64,000 bases of DNA from Epiperipatus broadwayi (lineage: Eukaryota > Animalia > Onychophora). The stretch's first letter is position 1. Each line of letters begins with the position of its first letter. Positions 41,763 through 53,599 of this stretch are shown here, one piece after another. Where the stretch lies: positions 25,482,001 to 25,546,000 of the forward strand of contig JAQFVV010000004.1 in the NCBI GenBank assembly GCA_028023455.1, written 5' to 3'. The translations under genes were made by a program, and so were the position numbers. The notes below the pieces were generated by a model. The model was given only the letters and a program-made list of their open reading frames with translations. It did not search any database and was not told the origin of the DNA.

Positions 41763-42789
41763 TAATTTCATACTACCCTAAATATCTAATAATCATTAAA
41801 GGGGGTATGTTTTTCAGAATATAAAATTTTAGTCAAACGTTTTTAAATGTCTTTTCTTTATAGCAGTTCAGTTTAATAATCTATTTTGCAGTTCAGTTTT
41901 ACTTAACAAATAGTGTTGAACATGTTTACAAATATCCTATTAATATTTGATTTATAGCTAAAGAAAAATCAACAGATATAATAAGGGTTGTCTAAATAAT
42001 AATAATTATTAACGGTTTTGGTTTTTTTCTACTTGATTTTAAAATGTTTTATTAAAGAGATAATAATACATCATGAGTTCAATAAATGTCACTGTTAACA
42101 ATAAACTTAAATCAATTCTCATTTAAAATGAAAAAAACAACTATTAATGAGTAAAACTTTGACTAACTTGAATTGCAGTTAACCACGTTAAAAATAAAGT
42201 GAAGCTATCATCAAAATAATAATAACAGTAAAAATGTAAAAAAGGTTTTACAAATTATCTATTATTACTGAAGATATAAACTTACAAGCAATTTATGTGT
42301 TATTATTATTTTTTAACTCTTTACCAAGCAAAAAGAAAAGGAAGGTTTTTACAAGATTTTATTTTTTAAATAAAATGCAAATAGCAGTCGAGTTATTAGA
42401 AACTTAACGTTTTGCAACAAATTAAAACTTGTTTTTTTAATAACCGAATAAAATGGGATTTACGTATAAAATCTGCTGTGATGACAGTTGATGGCACAAA
42501 CGTCTAAATAAAGACCAAATTAAACACATTTATAATGTTATAAAAAGAAAAATAATTACTTTTTTATGTAAATATTATATATGTCTTATAGGACAAACCC
42601 AAAGATGTTACTCAAAACATTGGTTTAACTGCTAATTTTACAATTTAAAGTATGCTGTGGTATCACGAAACAATACTGGAATGACTAATCGACCACCTGG
42701 TAAAAGTAAGGTATATACTAAATTTACTGTCCAGCTTTAATCCCTGCAGAGAGAATGTTTTGAATAACTTCTTTAATTTAATAAAATAA

Positions 42790-43850
42790 TTAAAATTTGG
42801 AAACTCCTCACTACCAAGGATGATATAATCCACTACTTTCAAATGACAGTCATAGACTGAAATAACTATCTGCAAAAAGTTTGTTCATGTCATCCCAAGA
42901 AAAATGCAAAATCCTACCAAAGTGATAACTTGCAGACTGCCGGAATATGTTTCACATAAATCATAGCTACAAGTGCATTTGCATTCACCCCACTGACTGT
43001 AAGAAAAAATCATTTGATTTTCTTTTTTTATTGGAATAAATGTATATTGCTAAAAGTTTAATTATTGCAATATCATTTCTGACCAAAAAAACCACATAAA
43101 TACATATTTGTTTACACTAAAATTAGGAACAGATCTAGTAAAGCCAATGAAAAACCTTGGATATCATTTCTTCCATACCTACCCAGAACTACCCACTGTA
43201 TAAACAGAATCTGCACTGAAACATATATAATTAACCTTTGAACTGCTCCCACTTTTAATCACCTTATTAACAATATGAAAGACAAGTTACATCCAGAGGC
43301 AGAATTCCCAAGTTGCATACAAAGTTATATGCAACAACATAATTATGGAGAATTGCATGCCAATCTGTCTATGGAAATTGCAGATACTCATACAATTGAG
43401 TTAAGACTAATATTGAGGTTAAATCCATTTTTCTCAAACATGAGTCTAAATATAATACTACTTCTTACCTACATCTGACAGCATTGTCTGTTCTAAAAGA
43501 ATTGATGCTAAATGTTAAGTTAAAGACATATAAACATCATAAACAAAAAAGAACCCTGCATCCCCCTATCAAGAAAATAGCTCAATTAAATTAACTTATT
43601 TACATCCTGTATTTCAAATTCTGTGCAAATTCCCACTCTTGTTTATTATTTTATAAAAGTCACAAACTTCTTGAACAATTATTGCTAATATGACTACCAG
43701 TTAATCACAGTTGACTGTTAATCCAGATAATTAGTCACTTAATGATTAATTTATGGATAGATCACCTGATGAGGTTGGATTATCTTAGTGAATAATTTAT
43801 CTACTGTTGATTTGCAAGAAATACTATAGGAGCCTTTGCTATGTAGGGAT
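42790..43850 (+). mobile_element. Penelope-like element relic (RT thumb, GIY-YIG, 3' region with hammerhead core)
   Basis: In order: NYL..SCHP, FLPYLP, MKDKL, AYKVIC..YGE (GIY-YIG-like, frameshifted), then CTGATGA at 43766-43772 about 200 bp further 3'. Confidence 0.6.
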
Positions 43851-44799
43851 CTATTTAAGGTGTGTTTGTATGATACTTGCATTAAAAATGAATATGTTAA
43901 AATGATAAATATTATATGCAAAAACATTTTGAGTGTAAGGTGATGGTGGTTGAAATTTCAAAAATTACTCTTTAATAAATATCGGCAAAGACATGTTATT
44001 ACTAGACATTTTCTAAGCCTTTTCAGAATTACTACATATTGAAAAAACTTTTTTAATTAGCTTGTGTATCTTAGCAACTGTCTAATGGAAAATACAGAAT
44101 AGAATAAGTATCAAATTTAGTATCTGTTTTCATTATTTATCTTTTGCAGAATAGTTAGAAAGATTTCAATTTAGTTCAATGCACAATATTATAGAGCAAG
44201 TTCAACTTATAAAATAAATGTAAATTTTATTTCAAATACCCTCTTTTAAAAAACCAATATTTTATCGAATATTATGCAATAGCATGCTTAAGCATGTTCT
44301 TTCTAAATTTTTCCATCAATTGTTGTCTCAGACTTTTTTGCTATTTACCTATTTTAAATAAATCACGTTCCAACATATATGCATAATTTAAAAAATCAGA
44401 GTTATTGTTTGATCATGGAATAATTAACCCTTTAACTGATTCTTTTAACTTTTTAATCTTTGTCTAATTTTATATCGGGCCACTACTTAAATCTGAGAAT
44501 AATATGATTCATCCGTTTCATTTCCAGCCAGTTTCCATTGTTAAAATATTAATCTAAAATACACAGAATTTTTTTAATTCAGCTTCTAAAAATTGAATAA
44601 TTTTAGATTCAAAGTGGTTAAATGTAATGAAAAATTAAAAATAATGTTAATAACTGTAGAAAAATATAAGAAAAATGTGTAAAAAATAGCTAGCAGTAAA
44701 ACAAAAGAATTATGTTCCAACCAATGATTGTGCCGTTATTCAGATCTCCAGCTGTCAAATAATTCTCTTTTTATTTCCAGCATGCTTATTTTTCTTGTA

Positions 44800-45362
44800 A
44801 AATTTAAAATTTTCCAAATCAAACTTTATATTTCCATAAAATAACATCAAATCTTATTTATGAATGTAAAAAATTACAATAGATGTAATTATTTACTACA
44901 AAATCAATTACGAATGTGTTCTGTCATTTATTTTTTAGAGACTCCCACTGTGAAAATTACAATCATTGCGTGAAACACCTGACTAAAGATTATTTTGTCC
45001 GCCCTTATCTCTCTTGTAATATTTAACATTTTTGGAATCAAACTTTATATTTGTATAAATTAATGAAAAATCATGATAGATATAATTATTTACTTCAAAA
45101 TATGAAAGTGTACTACATTTCATTTTCAATTCTGAACTTTTAGTTTAGAAATGCCTGATTATGGTCTGTAGCGATAATTGTTTTTTGTTATGTATTATTT
45201 CTCCAAATGTATTTTTCTTCTAATATTTAAAATTTTCCGAGTCAAACTTTATATTTTGATAGAGCATTATATTATCTTATTTGTGAACATAAAAAATTAC
45301 AATAAATATAAAATCAATTACGATGTGTATGAATTCGTTTTAGTTTCTGAATCTGTCATTTA
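44800..45362. repeat. Three diverged ~200-bp tandem units
   Basis: Units anchored on TCAAACTTTATATTT at ~44819, ~45038 and ~45242, with shared AAAAAATTACAATA and AAAATCAATTACG blocks. Confidence 0.7.
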
Positions 45363-46199
45363 GAAACACACCTAGAGGACATTTTTAGATTTGGTAGGTA
45401 TCCAATCAGAGAAAAAGACACACCTATGCACCAATAGGCATATAAAGAAAATTGATTTTTTTAAAAAAATATAACGCTGTATGCGGACATTTTTAGAACT
45501 ACAATTTTAAAATTTGAATTTCCTATCAAATAAGCCTAAAATGAAGAAATTGCGACCAAAATTGACCAAGAGATGGCGCATGCTATGTCCAAATTTTTTT
45601 TTGCTACAGGGACTTTTCGTAATAATCAGTTAATAGCAAGTTTGAAACATAAAACCTTCCTTATATAATTGAAAATGACATTTAAAATATTAGCAGAAAA
45701 GAGCAGAATCTATTATTTTAATCAATATCATATTGCTAAGCGAATATATTTTGGATTATAAATAATTGATCCACAAGCCATCAATTCTAAACATGTTATC
45801 ATAATGCAAGTTTAATTTTCAATTCATTGCTTAATGACTTTTCTCAATAATCATTCATATAAAAAAAGTTCATTAGCAAAAAAAAATCTTACACATTTCA
45901 AACCTTCCATTGCACCAATGAAATTGTACACTTTTGCAATAGAACTAATATGAAAACTTTAAAAGTGATTGTTGATCTTCAGGATCAGCCACATCATCAT
46001 CTGCAGCAGTGACTATTCACATATAAAAGTGGCCATTCTAACTTTAAACAAGAACAATTAAAAGAGGTAAAAAATGGAATTTAAAGAATGTTGGTGCAAA
46101 GAGTTGGTTGACAGTTTGAGAGGTTTATAATGTCAAGAATCTGGACTTTGCCATGAAGAGCTACTGCACCCCTTGATGGTTTATTTGATATGTCAGTGT

Positions 46200-46870
46200 T
46201 GATTTGCACTCACTATTATTAAGTTTCATTTGTTAGCTTTAAATTTAATGCATTTGTAAAGTGATTGGTCTGTTTTGGGCCACTGCCATTTTTTTTGTAA
46301 CACTGATGGAATTTTGTTCTAATATTTTGTGGGCATGGGTCTGCACTCCTCTTTTCTTACTTGGGGTTGGCTGGTGGTAGATGTTAGATATCTGGTTTAT
46401 GGTGCAGACTGTTGACAATTTTTCCACTGCCCAGAATACCTGCTGGGAGGGTACATGGTCAAAGTCTCAGTGCTATTTCTGCTCTAGTTGTCTGCTGTGT
46501 CCCCTGATAGGCTGTTTTTGGGCAGTGTCGATCTGGCTCATTACTTATTACTTCTTAGTTTTTACCCAAGTTGGCTTTCCAATTTTGAGTAGGTAGATCG
46601 ATTGTGGTCCTTGCTCATTTGGACTGCTAATTGGGAGGCAGAGGTATTTGGAATGGTCTTGACAAGGCTCGCTGTGGTTCGAGAGTTTATTGCTTGGTGA
46701 ACTTGGGCCTTGGACCTCACTGCCTGTTGTGGTGGTTGGCACAATGCTAGACTTCACCTATTCAGCTAAAGCATTTGAGTCTTCACTTTGGGGCCCCAGG
46801 GATGGGACCATTGGGTGATGGTTAACTTCTTGACAGCTGGGCTGCGTGGATCCACACACAGATAAACATT
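46200..46870. repeat. Unclassified GC-richer segment, probably TE-derived
   Basis: Abrupt rise in GC with overlapping short low-complexity ORFs on both strands; no recognisable domain. Confidence 0.35.
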
Positions 46871-47989
46871 ATTTACATTATAGCAATTTTTATGGATGTA
46901 ATTGTTTTTGAACATATGTACGTTTTATCTTGTTACATTGAACACTGTGTAATTCTCAATGGGTAAGTGTACCCGAAAATTTTTGTAATCTTTTATTAAT
47001 AAAGGTTACTTTGAAAGAAGAATCTGTACTAATCTGATTTTAATAAATATGGTTATCTAAATTCTATAAAATTTAATCTTTCATTTATAAATTAAGTTAT
47101 TTTAGTTTATTAATACTATTTTTAGTTCTGTTGTTTTAATTCAATAAGTATTTTTGTCTTCTAAGCTGATAGGTACCTTTTAAGCACATAGTTATAGCAT
47201 TAATAGTAGATAAACATTAATCTACAGAGCTAGTTTGTTATCACATTAGACGCATTTAAATATAGAAATTAATAATAGATTTTTTTAAATGTTTAATTTA
47301 AAAAAATGTTAATAAAAAATAAAGTTACCTTTAGAAAACTAAAATAAAAAAGAATGAAGAAAATAAAAAGCAAAACTAATTGAAAGCAGCTTATTCTTTA
47401 TTTGTAGAAACTATTAAAAGAAACTGTCATGAGCAGTAATTATTCTGATGCTGGTATTTCTAAAATAGTTCATGAAGTAGATATCTATTCCAACAACTAT
47501 GAAAGCAATGATGTTTTGAGAAAATGCACATATATTTTATTATTGAGTTAGATGACAATGACTTAAGAGAAAATCACTAATATACAACAAAAAATATTAA
47601 CAATGAAAAGATTAGTAAAATGGTGTAAACATATTTTTTTCCTTAATAGATATAAAACACAAGCTATAGAGATATTGACAATATAATAATAATATCAAGA
47701 AATGCAGTATAAACAAACTCACAGTATTATAAAATATACAAAATTTAAATTTGAAATCAAGTGATGCTAAATAAAAACTATTAAGTTACTGGATATGTAT
47801 AGCTTATTAATGCAACACTGATATATTCTAAATAAATTAAACAACTGGTCAATCTATTTTCTAAGAGGATATTATATTAACAATCCAAATAAAACTTTTT
47901 TGCAAATAGATTCACATAATTGAGAAAGACCTTGGATTTATATATTGCAGAATCTCTATAAAGCCTGAAAACTGTTCAGTATCTGTGAA

Positions 47990-48800
47990 GACTTTATTTA
48001 GCAATAGCTTATCATTTAAGTATAAAGCATAAATGATTGAATCATGGCAATATCCTGTGTAATTCAGTGCAGTGATCAGACTCTTAAGCATACAATGTTG
48101 GGACCAATTACACTTGTGGCACTTAAACTTCTTATAAACTCCAGAGCAGTAAAGTCATTTAATTATTTATTTTTTAGTCATATAAGAATTGATTAACAAA
48201 TCAAAACCAATATACTTCAGTCTTTTATGAAGTGCAGCAGAAACAATGTTAAAAGAAAATGTGATATCTACTTTTAAACAATCAATCTTAAAATTGATTA
48301 TCTCTTTAGTAATAAAGTTGAATTAAATATTTGAAGACATAACTGATATATTAACACAAAGTATCATAAACAGTGATAAGTTATAATGAAAGGACTTCAA
48401 TCCTTAGAGACAATGTTCTACATTGAATGTTATGATATCATTGTTTGATACCCTTGCATAATTTAGTGTACTGGTACAGTGGAAAAGTTTGAAGCCCGAG
48501 ATCTATAAATCATCATCAAGATCTGTCACTTATATTGCTTGAACTTCTTATAAACTATTAAGCAATAAACCATTCATTTAGTTTTTTTTATTGCTTTAAT
48601 AACAATAACATTGATGGCAATAATATGTAAGATAATATTAGAAATATAAATCATATAATATTCATCATAAGTGATAGAAAACAATAAGCCAGAATGTATC
48701 AGGAGTATGAACTGTATATGATTTGTCATAGGTGATAATAAGTGTGAGCTATGTGATAGTAAATAATAAGCAAGGGAATATCAAGAATGCAAAGTATTAT
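47990..48800 (+). mobile_element. Diverged direct repeats (LTR-like) followed by a gag zinc-knuckle-like remnant
   Basis: ~48020-48175 and ~48435-48590 share AACTTCTTATAAACT...GCA(G/A)TAAA..CATT; KCELCDSK..ARE near 48740-48775. Confidence 0.4.
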
Positions 48801-51800
48801 GAGATTTGTCATAAATGACAGTATACTTAAAAGAAATTAGATGAAATAAAAATTAGTTTATAAAATCTGATTGTCATAATATTTTGTTAACAAAGTGGAT
48901 TAAAAATTCTGATTATGACATTTATAAGTTAATTACTTTTAGCAGTAAATCCAAGTAAAAAAATCAGATGTTAAGACTTGACTCTATGACATATTCCAGA
49001 AATAGGTGAATAAAGACTTATGAAAAGGATTATTTGTTCATTTAATGATCAAATGATGAAGACTAGTTAATAAAGACCTGATCAAATGATTATATGCTGG
49101 TTCAGTACAAAATATGCATCATGGGATGTAATTTGATTTGATCATTTGTCATTATTTATATGTTTCAGAAATGTGTGGTAGAGTTGAGGTTTTCAGTATA
49201 TCTTTAAAAAATATTACAAGTAAAAAAGGTCATATGAAGTTAATTATTTTGTGCATTCATATAAGCCAGATATGTTAATCTTTAAGTGGAGATTAAAGTG
49301 ACATTTGTCTAGGGATAAACTCTAGTTTAATGGATGATTAATAATAATTATATAAAAAATGTGACATTCATAAATTAAATTACAAATCAGTTTAAATGTA
49401 ATTCTAATATCAACAAAAAAATTCCAGACCTTAATAATGTATTGATATTAAATGAATTTATATTTTTAATTTTAGCAAAATCCTTACATATGTAGGTACA
49501 CAAACAAATGGCAGTTAACTTTCTGTCTCGGTATTTATATATGTAGCGTATATGTGTGTTCACGTTAGCATACATTGCAACACATAAAAGTAGTTGTGTG
49601 AAATAACTTTGTAATTTTATTTTTAATTGCACTATGGTTATAAATTGTAAACAATTAAACAAATCTAATTAAGACTTAATATAGTTATATAATCTGATCA
49701 GTCAAATTTGAGTTAATTTAGACATTTAAAGGGAGCAGCTTGCAGTAGACACATATACATAAAAAGCATTTATTTACCTAAAAAAGAAACAGCAGTGTCT
49801 TTGATAGTTTATGTTTTAAGGTTCTCTTGACTTACTTTACTAATTTTGATGTGTAAAAGTCAAGCAGTGAAGAATCCATAAAAGTTGAGATCGTGGGTGA
49901 TTTACAGTTCTCAAGTGGGTCTTATGTACCTCAACATTGACAAGTCAAGAGCAGGCGAAACTCCATTACTGCTTGAATAAAAGCTATCTTCATTGAATGA
50001 AAAAGCAAAAAAGTGACATAAAGACTTTAATAGTAAATTTAGTATCTGCATATTATGTTTTAACTCAGCAGGGGTTTTCACTTTACAACAAACACATTAC
50101 TTAATGGTAAGGACATTAAATTGATGTTTAACCAACAGTAATGTCACAGGCTAAAGGATATAGCCCCATTTACATAAAGCATCGTTTAGAAGTTGTTGCT
50201 GTTTCATCAATTTTTTTCGTTAATTAGACGAAACATTTATTTTCTTAGTTTTTTTGTTAAGCTTTGCACTTTAATGCAAAACTAAGTCAAGAAATGACAA
50301 CTTAGGGAATACTTTTAGCTTGTTTAAATCGATTAGACTTGTATCTAAATATATTTTTTGTATTATAATTTAGTAGTGTAAATTTAGGACAGTGTGTTTT
50401 TAAATTATAAACGGTAAAACTTTATTAATGGTGTATGTGTTGTATATATAAAATCTTCTCAAAAGTCGATTAATTTAAAAGTTGAATATTTTGATAGAGA
50501 TAAAATTCTGTATTAAAGCAATCCCAAAACAGAGGGAAAATATATAGAGTGCATAGTTTTAATACCCAATCATTATTTTTTATCAAAAAATAATTTAAGA
50601 GATTTAAAAAAAAAATAGCAATAAATTATAACTATATTAAAGAAAGTTTGCAGTACTTCATATTTTTATTAGATATAAAAGAATCTTGAAAATTTATTTG
50701 AAAAGTAACTATTAAGTATTACAAAATGGAGAGCATATAATAGAAATTAATACTTTGTTTTAAGAGTCACAATCTGATTATATAATCTAAGTTTGAAATG
50801 TATTTTATATCATAAATTTAGAAGTATTATATTATTTCGGAGTACAAGTTACAGATCAAATATATTTTAAGGTTTGTAATTCTGAAGGATTTAATTACAA
50901 TGGGTGAATGCTAAGTAATTAACAAATGTATTTAATTGAGTTAGACTTTGTAGATAATAATTGTGTAATAAAGCTTTTGATTGTAATAAAATGAATTTCT
51001 ATAGTGATTGTTATTAGTCTAAATATAAGAAGAAATCTTAGGAAAGTAAATTAAATTATTTAAGTGATGGTAATGAGTTGATAATGATCGTCAATTTTCG
51101 TGTCTTCTTATTATAGATGGGTAATTTTTCAAACAGGAAGTTAGTCAATATTTGCAATAGTAAATATGATTTTATTTAAATGGTGGGATCCCAGTAAAAT
51201 CCCTCTTGTGATTCAATTATTTAATTATCAATCTAATTGTTATATTGAATTTTAGAATAGAATATTTATGATTTGTTTTAATATTATTTTGAGATTCTTA
51301 AATTGTAGAAGACTAGTTAAATCATTATTTAAATGAAATATTAAGTTAGTCATTGTTTGTTGTGGGAGTTTTCCTAATGATTATAATATGATAGTGGTAG
51401 GAAAATTTTCACAATAGCACTGCCATTGTGGAGTGTAATTTATATACTTCTCAATGTTAAAACTTTTATGTTGTAATCATCCCTAAAGTCTATCTTATGT
51501 TTTGACATATCATAAGTTTCAAACTCCATAGAGAGCCTTATACTTTATTGTGGTTATACCTGATTGTTTATTATTGAGCTAGGGTAAAAAGAGAAGGTAG
51601 GATAGAGGTGTTGAAGAACTGGAAGGGAAGGTTACAATATATATGTAGTTTCCATGCTTACAAATTTATTGTTTTTGCTCTTGTACATGAAAATTTCCCT
51701 ACATCATTAAACCATTACATATTTCTATTTCTATATTTATAATAACCAAAGTTTTAAAAGACATTTGTAAGATGCTTAAATTCAAATAGCTTTTTATTAA

Positions 51801-53599
51801 TTTTAAATTAGAAAAAGCAATGCTATATATGAAATGATTAATTTAAATGTGATAAAAATCAAATATTTCAAAATTTCTAACACTGTTTTGCAAAAGTAGT
51901 AAAATAATCTTACATCTCATTCAATAACTTGAGAAAAACAAAGGAATACTGCATTACATTCTGGATTTTTACTATAATAAAGCAATGATGAACCAAAATG
52001 TCATTTGATGTTTAAATAATAAGTTATTTTTTATATATTTTTCAACAATTTATTAAATAGTGAACTTTTTGAACAAGGCAGTAAAATAAAATTATACTAT
52101 AAAATAATTACCTTTTCTTTATGCTCCAATAGATCTATCTCTCACTAAATAACCCTTCCTAATGTCTTACATACATTGCATTCTGACATGAAATGATTGT
52201 GCCAATGCATATATAAATGCCAAAATAATACGTGAATTTAGTTTATTATTTTTGGTTTTACATTTAAACTGCAAGTATAGAGCTTTTTTTAAATGTAGAT
52301 GCTATTAAAGTTATAGGGAAACAAAAATGGTATGAATTGAAATAATTAAAATATGAGTACAATAATAGTAGACTGCCAGATACACTAAAATTTAATTTTT
52401 TGTAATTAATATAATATAAGAAAATGATTTCATAATTTAATTTACATATTTTGTTATGTTTTGTGTACATTTTATTAAGCTTCTGCATTGAGAAATGGTT
52501 TATTTTCTAAATATTTCTTTCATAAAGCTTCTATTTCACAAACCTGAATTTTTTTTATCCTATCATTGTGCAATTTGTACTATTATGTTGCTGAAAAAAT
52601 GTGAAGAATACATGTGATTAATGATAATATTTGTAACAACCAAATAATACTAAAGAAAGAACATATATATAAAAGCTACCCACTTTATATAAAAAGAAAC
52701 CAACAAATTACATTAGGAAAATGTTTGATATCTATAATACTAAGACTATTTACAGATTTACTAAAAATATAAAACAACTAATAAACATTCTGCATAATTT
52801 TTGCTTGATTTATAATGTCTGTCTTCAGCTCATGTTTATAAGAAGCACTGGGAAAACAGTTATTTTAAAAAGTTTTTTTGATCAATTGTGCACTGATAAA
52901 ATCATATCACTTTTTAGTATAAATTTTTACCCTAAAAATAATCAACTCTATATAAACCATTAAATGTTATTGCCAAGAAACTAGACTAATATTATTGAAA
53001 AATATTTTAAGATTTTTTTTTTTCTTTCTGATCTAGTTTTATTATAAAATTACATTTTGTAAAATTTATTAGATACTGGTAATGTAATACCTTGGACAGA
53101 TTTTAAAGTTTTCTTTGATAGACTGCAAATTGAAACAATCTTATATCTTTATTACACTATTAGCATTCATGAACTTATTTTAACAATTAAAATCTATCTG
53201 TCTAAGTTCAGTACATTCTATAAAAAATATATGGATTTTATAGAGTGTGATGATAAAATTTGAAGAATTTGATGTTTTATATTTGTTTCATTTTTTGTAA
53301 TTTTACATTATATTATTTATAGATTATATTTAAATAAGCTTTGAAGTTTTCCCACACAACTATTAATCCATTGAATGTTATATTCACTTTAAAATGAAGA
53401 TTCTACATATGGTAATTGATTGGAGTTAACTGTATAAAATTCGCTGTAATAAAATTTAATTCCAAAACTAACTTATAATATAACTGCCATTCCAAGAACA
53501 TAATGCTATAGGGGTAGTAAACAATCCACAAAGATATTACAAGTAATATTTGCTTACATATTTAATAAAACTTCATTTTTTATTTTAATACATATGTAA

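Noticed and set aside
42663-42875. Minus-strand ORF IVISVYDCHLKVVDYIILG as a host exon
   Set aside because: It overlaps the antisense strand of the Penelope-like RT remnant.
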